Source: Verrucomicrobiales bacterium (GTDB lineage: Bacteria > Verrucomicrobiota > Verrucomicrobiia > Verrucomicrobiales > DEV007). Taken from it: DNA of 37,345 nucleotides. The stretch is from assembly GCA_047620505.1 (NCBI GenBank), contig JBLHKS010000051.1:1-37345 (forward strand), read 5' to 3'. The notes beneath the pieces are model-generated. The model had not been told where the DNA came from. It saw only the letters and a program-made list of their open reading frames with translations, and searched no databases. How positions within the stretch are numbered: position 1 is the first letter of the stretch; every line of letters starts with the position of its first letter. Made by a program: the position numbers and the translations under genes. Positions 28,101 to 37,345 of the stretch are shown here, piece by piece.

Positions 28101-30229
28101 CACTTTTCTGGCGTATCGCAAACATCTAAGGTGTTGACCACTGTTTGAGCGATCAACTTCATCTGCGCCCCGAATTGGCCTTCCGCTTCGACTCGTCCGA
28201 GCTCCTGCCGGCGCTTGCGAACCTGCGCTTGAACCTGGTTCAAACTCGCATAAATGCCCGAGATCGCCTCAGTGATCTTCGTCGCTTCCGTCGCGTCTGT
28301 GATCTGGAGATTCCCGACGATATCGATCAGCATCTCCAATTCGCCGCCAGCCTCGGCCAAAGCGTCCGAAACTGCGGTGGCTTCAGTAACTTTGGTGAGT
28401 TTTGCCGCCGCATCCCTTTGCTCGGTGATCTTCGCTTGATAAGGATCGAGCGCCTCGGGCTTCAGGAGGAAACTAACGCAACTCTGGGACGTCTTTTCTG
28501 TCGCCTCAGAAATTTCTGCTTCTAGTTTATCAACTAAGTCGTTATCAATATAGCGGAGGTCCCGCAACGAAATTACCTCGCCGCGCGCCCCTCGCAGATC
28601 CGCCAAGTGATGAACAAATCCGAGAATGTCATCCGGAGCTTGGTGATCCGCGGCTGACGTTGCCTTGCGGGCTCGATCGTGTGCGCGTTTGGTTTCCTCC
28701 TTTGTCGTCTTGCGAATCCGTTGAACCTTATCGAATTCCCCAATCGCAGCCTGGGCAGCCTGGTTGACCGCCATCAACGGCGTTTTCAGCTCGGCGGTCT
28801 CGGAGTTGCCAACCCAGAAATAGCTATCGACGATATCCCCGGTTTTCTTGACCAGATCGACATAGAGATCGGCGTAAGTATCGTCCTTGCCGATCAGATT
28901 GAGAACCTCATGGCACTCCGCCATGCCGCGCACAATATCGGCGTTGCCTATTTTAAAGAGATAGCTGTCGGTCTGCGCTGGCTCGCTGGCACCTTCCGTC
29001 GTAAACGGAGTTTGCCAGACCTGAATCACGTGATGTTTCTGCGGCTGATCCTCCGTGCGAAAATAGAACAGCTCACCATCCGGGAAAACGCAATAGCCGT
29101 TGCAGATGATCGGCGTATCCAGCGTTTGCGCGATCAAGTTGTAGGCCATCAACGTGTAGGTCCCACTGGCGCGGTTGTAGAAAACGTACAACGTGTCCTC
29201 GCCGTTCGATGAAGCAATTCGACGCTCGAATCGCATGTCGGTTAGCCCGCTGTCGAAAACCTTTGTCTCGCCGGTTTGAAGGAGATAGCCATTGGAAACC
29301 ACGATCCCGTGATCGTCCGGAAGCAGAACACACGAATCCGCTATCGTATCGATTCGAGTAACCTTCTTCGTCTTCTCGTTAAAAGCGAGATATCGGAATT
29401 CCTGCTCTTGATAAGGCCGAACTTTGATCAATATCAAGCTGCCAACAATCGTGTAGAGAATTTCGGCATCGTCCAGGGTCTGATCGACATTGTCGACAGG
29501 CTCGGCATAGATCCCTTCGCCCGTTTCCGTGTTGTCTTCGATCTTTACAGTTAAATCGCCTCCGACAGTCTCGATGAAAACGCGGTCCTCGATCGAAATG
29601 TGCGGATGATCGCCACCGCGCTGCATGTCGCGGTGTGCACGCTTCCATTCGAACTCGTGCTGTGGCGGAAACTTGTATTCGTGATCGAAGCGATTGCCCA
29701 GATACTCAAGACGACCATCGCCAGGCATCAGGAATTTGAACGCCTTAATGTCTTCAACAGAGGCACCGGTGCGGAAAGCCACGTAAAGATGGACGCCCAG
29801 GACCATGAACTTCACGAAAATCGTTTCGCGATAGTATTTGTAGAGATAGGCAAACTCCTCTGCAAATCTCTCCTCGCCTTCAATCTCCCAAGTCGTCGGA
29901 ACAAAAGTGTGTCCGGCGTTTTCGTAATGATACGCCGAAAATACATCGGCAAGGTCGGTTGTAGCCTTGAGCCCAAGTTGAACGTTATACCCGAAGAGGA
30001 ATTTTCCGCCGCCGATCGACACCATGTCGCGCGGCGTGCAGTTGTGGGCGGTCGTTACCCGCTCGGTCGCGACGAGGCTGCTTTCGATCGCGCCGAAAAC
30101 CGCCTGCCGATCCCGGTTGAGCGTCCCAAGACGCTCGCGCAAGTCGGAGGCGTGGGTGTTGAGCCGATTGCGGATTACCTCGTAGGCTCCGCCTTCCAGC
30201 TTTGCGCCAGCTGTTGATTCGTCAGGCAA
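25151..30229 (-). CDS. Giant (1692 aa) multidomain protein with a single MoxR/dynein-type AAA+ ATPase module. It has an N-terminal beta-rich domain and a long central coiled-coil/helical region.
   Basis: Walker A is LLLVSPPGYGKTTLMEYVANRLG. Walker B is NVMIYVDDIQHC. The sensor-1-like element is VAVVMAGNPYT (the A-x-N-P pattern of the MoxR/McrB/dynein clade). The N-terminal ~430 aa have no recognised motif. There are long E/K/Q-rich helical stretches, and the tail is lysine-rich (KKKKIKIKKAK). No second P-loop is present. Confidence 0.8.
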   Translation of the reverse strand: MPDESTAGAKLEGGAYEVIRNRLNTHASDLRERLGTLNRDRQAVFGAIESSLVATERVTTAHNCTPRDMVSIGGGKFLFGYNVQLGLKATTDLADVFSAYHYENAGHTFVPTTWEIEGEERFAEEFAYLYKYYRETIFVKFMVLGVHLYVAFRTGASVEDIKAFKFLMPGDGRLEYLGNRFDHEYKFPPQHEFEWKRAHRDMQRGGDHPHISIEDRVFIETVGGDLTVKIEDNTETGEGIYAEPVDNVDQTLDDAEILYTIVGSLILIKVRPYQEQEFRYLAFNEKTKKVTRIDTIADSCVLLPDDHGIVVSNGYLLQTGETKVFDSGLTDMRFERRIASSNGEDTLYVFYNRASGTYTLMAYNLIAQTLDTPIICNGYCVFPDGELFYFRTEDQPQKHHVIQVWQTPFTTEGASEPAQTDSYLFKIGNADIVRGMAECHEVLNLIGKDDTYADLYVDLVKKTGDIVDSYFWVGNSETAELKTPLMAVNQAAQAAIGEFDKVQRIRKTTKEETKRAHDRARKATSAADHQAPDDILGFVHHLADLRGARGEVISLRDLRYIDNDLVDKLEAEISEATEKTSQSCVSFLLKPEALDPYQAKITEQRDAAAKLTKVTEATAVSDALAEAGGELEMLIDIVGNLQITDATEATKITEAISGIYASLNQVQAQVRKRRQELGRVEAEGQFGAQMKLIAQTVVNTLDVCDTPEKCDEQLTRLMVQIEELEGKFSEFDDYVAQLGEKREEIYGAFESRKQQLLESRNKRADTLLKSADRILGGIVRRVSGFEEIAEINSYFASDLMVDKVRDIVENLTELGDTVKSGDVQTRLKTMREDAVRQLKDRKELFIGGKDVIRLGNHQFSVNTRELDLTVIPRDGEMAFHLAGTAFYETIVDPEFLQTRSVWDQEIISENQNVYRSEYLAFQMLSEKRYADSEAVSIEMIQEFMSSRYAEGYVKGVNDHDTERLLSALLPIHQRAGRLRHSMTSRACGLVFWEWFEGAEKQRLAAKLKSFGQMRDAFGGAGGNLDADYEEELAEHLGVFLEQTGLFDARHKSGAADYLVDELSSEGGVVVSAEAARVVKEFHGKLASTRSKSKFQEAVSELEDDAAGRFQVTSDWMRGSAGGDVTEDVVVEAAAHEMRGGFEQREVVDAATRAELDGLLGDHSRIAGGGYLLDYNEFLTRLSNFESEVVPRFEAYHELKSRLIDEARESMRLDEFKPTVMSAFVRNRLLDEVYLPMIGDNLAKQLGTAGADTRTDRMGMLLLVSPPGYGKTTLMEYVANRLGITFVKINGPAIGHQVTSLDPTEAPNASARAEVNKLNFALEMGDNVMIYVDDIQHCNPEFLQKFISLCDAQRKIEGVWEGKARTYDLRGKKVAVVMAGNPYTESGGRFQIPDMLANRADTYNLGDIIGENEGSFKDSYIENSLTSNSVLSKLSSRSQKDIYAVMKIAETGSQEGADFEGNYSVEEIDELVSVTKKLMRVRDTILRVNLEYIRSAAMEDAYRTEPSFKLQGSYRNMSRIAEKVLAIMTDEEVENLIVSHYENESQTLTTGAEANLLKFKELEGILTDTEATRWAEIHKAFNKNQLLAGGDESDPVTRVVAQLSEFNDGLSRIGESLQSTGLTDETVAKLEKVISGLRAVPVEVEIKVVPVQEASKSKSAAAGAPKKKKIKIKKAKGADKLPVDIEGEVRQGD
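25246..25257. repeat. Exact copy of the palindrome CAGCAGCTGCTG.
   Basis: Lies in the C-terminal tail of the giant AAA+ gene (SAAAGA on the minus strand). Confidence 0.9.
27959..27970. repeat. Exact copy of the palindrome CAGCAGCTGCTG.
   Basis: Lies inside the giant AAA+ gene (KQQLLES). Confidence 0.9.
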
Positions 30230-30231
30230 AT

Positions 30232-32301
30232 TCAGAGGACCTTGTTAGCCTTTTGGTCGGCGACGCCGAGGCGCTGAGCAGCACCCAGAAGTCCGTTCAG
30301 CGTGCGACCGGTTGTCGAGTCGTTGTTGGCAGCCAGCATTTTGCCAAGAACCGCAGCCACGGTCAGATTCTTTAAGTCCTCACTGCTGATTCCGAACATA
30401 TCGACCCATTCCCGGATCTGCGCCTTGAATGCGTCCGGATCGCCGCGGAATAACGTATCTTTGATCTCGGTTAGGGTATCCGAATTGTCGAGCGCGCGGT
30501 CAACTTGCTTGCCAGCCGTTATGGCTTGAGTAATCTTGTCGAAGAACGTGCTTTCGCCGCCCACGATATCGATGTTTGCGGTTTTGAGGGCTGCCGCAAC
30601 CACGGTAGCTTGTTCGGCTGCGATATCCTTTTGAGCTTCGATCTCAGCGAGGTCGATCTGGCGTTCCTTGTCGAGCTTGAGCTTGAATTCTTCGTGGCCT
30701 TGACCGGCCTCTTCGAATAGCTTCATGGCGCCGGCCTTCTCGGTGATTCCGTCGGCATCAGCAGTTGCTTTGGCTCGAATTCCCTCCGCCTCCGCTCTTG
30801 CTTGTGCCTCTGTTCCTTCAGCGTTTGCGTTTGCTTTAGCGCGGATGACTTGAGATTCACCTAGCCCAGCAGCTGCTGTCTCGGCAGTGACACCCTCGGC
30901 GAGCATTTTCTTCGCTGCCGACTCTTTCTCGGCTGATTCCTGGTTCGCTTCAGCCGTGATCACGATCTCCTGCGCATGAAGCTCGGCCGATTGCTTGCTG
31001 GCCTCAGCCGCTTTCACATGCTCATAGGCTTCTTCGTCTGCCTTCAACTGTGCAGATTCCTTTTGTGCTTCAGCGTCGCGAACTTTGACCAACATCGCCT
31101 CCTGCGCCGTCTTCTCAGCCAGGGTAATCGCGACTTGCTTCTCTCGATCCGCGCCCGCGAAGGCCTCGGTATCTTTGATCTTCTCTTGCTCGATCACGAC
31201 CATCTTTTCGACCGCGACGCGCTCTTTGATCACGTCCTGAATGTTTTTCTTCTCGATTTCGACGGCTTTCTCCTTTTCGATGGACTTGAGAGTCGTTACC
31301 CGCTCACGATCGATCTCCTCCAATTTCCGATCCCTCTCAACACGCTCAAGTTCGACCCCATCGGTTCGTTCTTTGTTCCGCAGCGCGACAATCACCTGGC
31401 GCTCTTTGTTTTGTTCAGCGATCTGAATTTCCTCATCAGCTGCGATCCGAGCTTGCTCGGCTCGTTGACGGTTTTCCTCTTGGACCTTCTTCGTCTCGGC
31501 CTGCTCTCGCGCCTGAACTGAATCGACTTCCCGCTGTTGCTTCGCTTCGGTTTCTGCCAGCTGGCGTTCTAACTCTAGAATCGCTTCACGAGCTTCAACG
31601 TCCTGCTGTTTGATGACTTTTTCCTTATCTCGCTGAATGTGGTTAGCGAGTTTGGCTTGCGTTGCCGTTCTCTCTGTAATCTTCTTGATGCCTTCCGAAT
31701 CGAGGATGTTGTTCGGGTCTAAGGAATCCAGCGGAGTCTGCTCAAGGTCGTCAATCGCGGCGTCCTCCAGCGAGAAACCATTCAAGTCAGTTCCGATCAG
31801 TTTGATGATTTCATCGCGGAAACTGTCGCGCTCTTCGTAGAGTTCGGTGAAATCGAAGCGCTTTCCGATTGTCTTCAAGGCTTCCGAGAATTTGGCTCCG
31901 AAAAGCGCCTCAAGTTCCTTTTGATCCGAGGCGCGAACGCAGCCAATCGATTGCGCTACTTTTTTGACGTCGGCGTCCGTTGGATTGACCCTGACAAAGA
32001 AGGCGACTTTGATATCTGCCCTCATATTGTCTTTGCAGATCAGGCCGTTATCGCCTGCTCGGTCGATCTCGATTCGTTTTACCGAGATATTGATCATTTC
32101 GGCCTGATGGAATACGGGAATGACGACTTTTCCGGTAAATGACACCTGTGTTCCGCCCTGGCCGGTGCGCACCAGCGCGAGTCCTTGCGGGACTTTGCGA
32201 TAGCACTTTACGACCAGCACAAACAATCCTACGACCAAGATTAGGAATACGACGACAATGACGACGCCGATGCCGCCTAGCATTTCAATTAGTTCACTCA
32301 T
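30232..32301 (-). CDS. Flotillin-family SPFH/band-7 protein (YqiK/FloT-like) with an extended coiled-coil C-terminus.
   Basis: 689 aa. It has an N-terminal TM helix (VVIVVVFLILVVGLFVLVV), an SPFH core (VRTGQGGTQVSFTGKVVIPVFHQAEMINISVKRIEI...DIKVAFFVRV) and a long Glu/Ala/Lys-rich coiled-coil flotillin tail. It overlaps the upstream NfeD-like gene by 8 bp and ends 2 bp before the giant AAA+ gene. Confidence 0.85.
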   Translation of the reverse strand: MSELIEMLGGIGVVIVVVFLILVVGLFVLVVKCYRKVPQGLALVRTGQGGTQVSFTGKVVIPVFHQAEMINISVKRIEIDRAGDNGLICKDNMRADIKVAFFVRVNPTDADVKKVAQSIGCVRASDQKELEALFGAKFSEALKTIGKRFDFTELYEERDSFRDEIIKLIGTDLNGFSLEDAAIDDLEQTPLDSLDPNNILDSEGIKKITERTATQAKLANHIQRDKEKVIKQQDVEAREAILELERQLAETEAKQQREVDSVQAREQAETKKVQEENRQRAEQARIAADEEIQIAEQNKERQVIVALRNKERTDGVELERVERDRKLEEIDRERVTTLKSIEKEKAVEIEKKNIQDVIKERVAVEKMVVIEQEKIKDTEAFAGADREKQVAITLAEKTAQEAMLVKVRDAEAQKESAQLKADEEAYEHVKAAEASKQSAELHAQEIVITAEANQESAEKESAAKKMLAEGVTAETAAAGLGESQVIRAKANANAEGTEAQARAEAEGIRAKATADADGITEKAGAMKLFEEAGQGHEEFKLKLDKERQIDLAEIEAQKDIAAEQATVVAAALKTANIDIVGGESTFFDKITQAITAGKQVDRALDNSDTLTEIKDTLFRGDPDAFKAQIREWVDMFGISSEDLKNLTVAAVLGKMLAANNDSTTGRTLNGLLGAAQRLGVADQKANKVL
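30867..30878. repeat. Exact copy of the palindrome CAGCAGCTGCTG.
   Basis: Lies inside the flotillin gene (TAAAGLG). Confidence 0.9.
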
Positions 32302-32998
32302 TCGGTTCGATCTGGTTCGGTTGGTTTATTTGGATAAGTTTTTCCACTGCCGCGGATTTACGAACGGAAAAAAAGCCGGTTTCAGGATCTTCAGAAACCA
32401 CTAGGGCCTCATCGCCCTTGATCAATGACTCTTGATCTTCGGTTGCCCTGACATTGATCAGAAAGGTGGCACCGTCGCGTTCGACCTCTGCTTGCCCGCT
32501 GTCCGGGGTCACTTTCAATGACCGAATGGTGCAGGCACGACCCACGATTGGCTCATGGGTATCTCCATCTGCGTTCAAAGCCACGAAGAGACGCTTCAGA
32601 GGAGCGGTAGTGATTTTTGTGAGGATCGCGCTGATAAACAGGTTTGCGGTGAAGATCGCTGCAGTGATGAGAATCAGGCCACCGCCATTAAATATATAAT
32701 TCCCAAGGATCGAAATGGACCAAAGGCAGAGTACAAGGACGCTAATAACTATAAGCGCGGGAACCTGGCCAAAATTCAAGAATCGAAGGACGGCCATTCC
32801 GATACCGCCTCCGCCGGTTCCGGCGGTATCAAGGTCTGGATCCACATCGGCGTCGACGTCCGCATCAACATCGAAATCGAGACTGTCGACGCCGATCGCT
32901 CCCAAGATAACGATCAACCAGTAAACAACTACGGCCCCGAGAAGAATCGTAAGGGGTAGGTTCTGGCTTTTCAGGGCTTCTGTCAGGATCAAAGTCAT
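32294..32998 (-). CDS. NfeD/YqiJ-like membrane protein, the usual flotillin operon partner.
   Basis: 234 aa. It has N-terminal TM helices and an acidic DVDADVDADVDPDLD repeat. A central hydrophobic block is followed by a C-terminal soluble beta-rich domain (IVGRACTIRSLKVTPDSGQAEVERDGATFLINVRA), consistent with an NfeD OB-fold. Gene order matches yqiJ-yqiK / nfeD-floT operons. Confidence 0.6.
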   Translation of the reverse strand: MTLILTEALKSQNLPLTILLGAVVVYWLIVILGAIGVDSLDFDVDADVDADVDPDLDTAGTGGGGIGMAVLRFLNFGQVPALIVISVLVLCLWSISILGNYIFNGGGLILITAAIFTANLFISAILTKITTAPLKRLFVALNADGDTHEPIVGRACTIRSLKVTPDSGQAEVERDGATFLINVRATEDQESLIKGDEALVVSEDPETGFFSVRKSAAVEKLIQINQPNQIEPNE

Positions 32999-33066
32999 GT
33001 CTGTGGCGGCGTGACTTTAGAAGAAATGGGTGGAGAACCGGATTACAATTGCTAGACGAGTTTGTA

Positions 33067-35646
<2,580 letters not shown>

Positions 35647-37345
35647 ATGAAAACCCTGCTTGTTTCGATCCTCCTCGGCCTTTCGGCCATCGCGCTTCAT
35701 GCGCAAGACGCCCCGCCGCTCAAAGATCTGAACGGATTCTTTCCGTTCGAGGTTCCAGAAACTCTCGAGGCCTGGGAGGAGCGCGCGGCCGATCTTCGCC
35801 AACGCGTGCTCGTCGCCAATGGTCTCTGGCCGATGCCGGAGAAAACTCCGCTGAACCCGGTCATCCACGGCAAATTTGAGCGCCCGGGCTTTACGGTCGA
35901 GAAGGTCTACTTTGAGAGCTATCCCGGATTGTTCGTCACTGGCCTGCTTTTTCGACCTGAGAATCCGCCGGAGGGAAAACTGCCCGCTGTGTTGAGTCCG
36001 CACGGTCACGGCGGTCGACTTCAGGACCACGGCGTGGAGGGCGTCCTCAAGCAGATTGAGGGCGGTGGCGAGAAATTCAAGGAGTCAGGCCGGATGCCGA
36101 AAGTCGCTCGCTGCGCGACGTTGGCGCGGCTGGGTTGCGTTGTTTTTCTCTACGACATGTTTGGTTATGCCGATAGCAATCAACTTTCACGCGGGCTTGC
36201 TCACGGATTCAAGAAACAGCGGCCAGATTTCGAGGGGAAGGACAGCTGGGGGTTGTTCAGCGCGCAGGCGGAAATGCGGATGCAGTCGATCTTCGGTCTG
36301 CAAACCTGGAACTCGATCCGTGGTCTGGATTTTCTCGAAAGCCTGCCTGACGTAGACCCAAAACGCATCGCGGTGACCGGCGGAAGCGGCGGAGGAACGC
36401 AGACGATCATGTTGTGCGCGATCGACTCGCGGCCGATCGCGGGTTTCCCAAACGGGATGGTTTCCAGCGCGATGCAAGGCGGTTGCACCTGTGAAAACGC
36501 GAGTCTTCTGCGGATTGGAACTGGCAACGTGGAACTCGCCGCGCTGTTCGCACCTAAGCCGCAAGGGATGACCGCGGCTAACGACTGGACCAAAGAAATG
36601 CTCGTGCCCGGGAAAGGTTTTCCGGAATTGCAGAAGCTCTACGGGATGTACGGAAAAGTGGACAACGTGATCTGTGAAGACCTGCTTCATTTTGGGCATA
36701 ACTACAATTATGTGAGTCGCGCGGTCATGTATTCGTGGTTCAACAAGCATCTCGACCTCGGTCTTGAGGAGCCGATTGTTGAGGAGGATTTCAAGCTGCT
36801 GACGGCGGAAGAGCACGCTGTCTGGACTGTCGAGCATCCTGAGCCAGAAGGCGGCGATGAATTCGAGCGGAATCTAACGAATTGGATCGCGGATCAGGAC
36901 CAGCAGCTGCTGGACGCGATGACGGAAGGCGAGCGGCGCGAGACGGTTCGTGCGGCGTGGCGGACGATGATCGGTGCGAGCGATTTGAGCGGCGCAGTTG
37001 CGAGTTCGTTCTCTGCCGTGGGTTCGCCAGAAAAAACTACCCTTCAAACTGATCCGAAGTCCCCGTCTTTCTCGGTTTTTACGGCGAAACCAAAGGGGGA
37101 TTTCAAATTCACTGTTGTCTGGACGCACGAAAAGGGGAAGGACGGCTTATTCAAAGGGGACGGAACTCCAACTCCGGCCGTCCAGGGAATTCTCGACCGT
37201 GGAGGCCGAGTGATCACGGCGAATCTCCATCTTCAAGGGGACGAAATCAACGAAACGCCAGTCGTGGCCAACCCACGCGAATCTGCGAGCTACACGCACG
37301 CCTACAACGACTCGGTTTTCGCCGAACGAGTCCAGAATATTCTCG
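35647..37345 (+). CDS. Secreted alpha/beta-hydrolase (esterase/peptidase-like). The N-terminal ~566 aa are present and the gene runs off the window end.
   Basis: Manual translation from the ATG at 35647 gives MKTLLVSILLGLSAIALHAQDAPP (signal peptide)…RIAVTGGSGGGTQTIM (G-x-S-x-G nucleophile elbow)…HFGHNYNY. There is no stop codon before position 37345. Confidence 0.6.
   Translation, partial: MKTLLVSILLGLSAIALHAQDAPPLKDLNGFFPFEVPETLEAWEERAADLRQRVLVANGLWPMPEKTPLNPVIHGKFERPGFTVEKVYFESYPGLFVTGLLFRPENPPEGKLPAVLSPHGHGGRLQDHGVEGVLKQIEGGGEKFKESGRMPKVARCATLARLGCVVFLYDMFGYADSNQLSRGLAHGFKKQRPDFEGKDSWGLFSAQAEMRMQSIFGLQTWNSIRGLDFLESLPDVDPKRIAVTGGSGGGTQTIMLCAIDSRPIAGFPNGMVSSAMQGGCTCENASLLRIGTGNVELAALFAPKPQGMTAANDWTKEMLVPGKGFPELQKLYGMYGKVDNVICEDLLHFGHNYNYVSRAVMYSWFNKHLDLGLEEPIVEEDFKLLTAEEHAVWTVEHPEPEGGDEFERNLTNWIADQDQQLLDAMTEGERRETVRAAWRTMIGASDLSGAVASSFSAVGSPEKTTLQTDPKSPSFSVFTAKPKGDFKFTVVWTHEKGKDGLFKGDGTPTPAVQGILDRGGRVITANLHLQGDEINETPVVANPRESASYTHAYNDSVFAERVQNIL
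36902..36913. repeat. Exact copy of the palindrome CAGCAGCTGCTG.
   Basis: Lies inside the alpha/beta-hydrolase gene (DQQLLDA). Confidence 0.9.

Overview
This is a high-GC window (roughly 55-60%), almost entirely coding. The gene content is typical of Planctomycetota or Verrucomicrobiota: DUF1501, Planctomycete-cytochrome-c (PSCyt) proteins with DUF1549/DUF1553/DUF1588-type motifs, sulfatase, SelO and LigA. I found no rRNA, tRNA, CRISPR array or transposase.

Two things stand out.

(1) A tightly coupled minus-strand operon at about 23.7-33.0 kb encodes an NfeD/YqiJ-like membrane protein, a long flotillin (SPFH) protein, a 1692-aa giant protein with a single MoxR/dynein-type AAA+ module, and the protein AMPylase SelO. 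This is the best candidate for an undescribed flotillin-associated machine.

(2) The 12-bp perfect palindrome CAGCAGCTGCTG occurs at least 13 times exactly, plus about 5 one-mismatch copies, in 37 kb. The copies sit inside genes on both strands and in different reading frames (QQLL, AAAD/G). That points to DNA-level selection, like the HIP1 palindrome of cyanobacteria. An apparently orphan C5-cytosine methyltransferase lies in the same window.

Other content:
- a VapC PIN toxin with an atypically long acidic upstream partner
- a 1733-aa PSCyt-WD40-DUF1549-DUF1553 fusion protein
- a flavin-dependent-halogenase-like gene
- a Met-rich lipoprotein
- a NYN/OST-HTH protein
- a Uma2 endonuclease
- a HemN-like radical SAM gene overlapping a UbiC-like ORF
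- an NPP-family phosphodiesterase
- partial sulfatase and alpha/beta-hydrolase genes at the two window edges

Every call rests on motifs read directly from the supplied translations. No database search was run.
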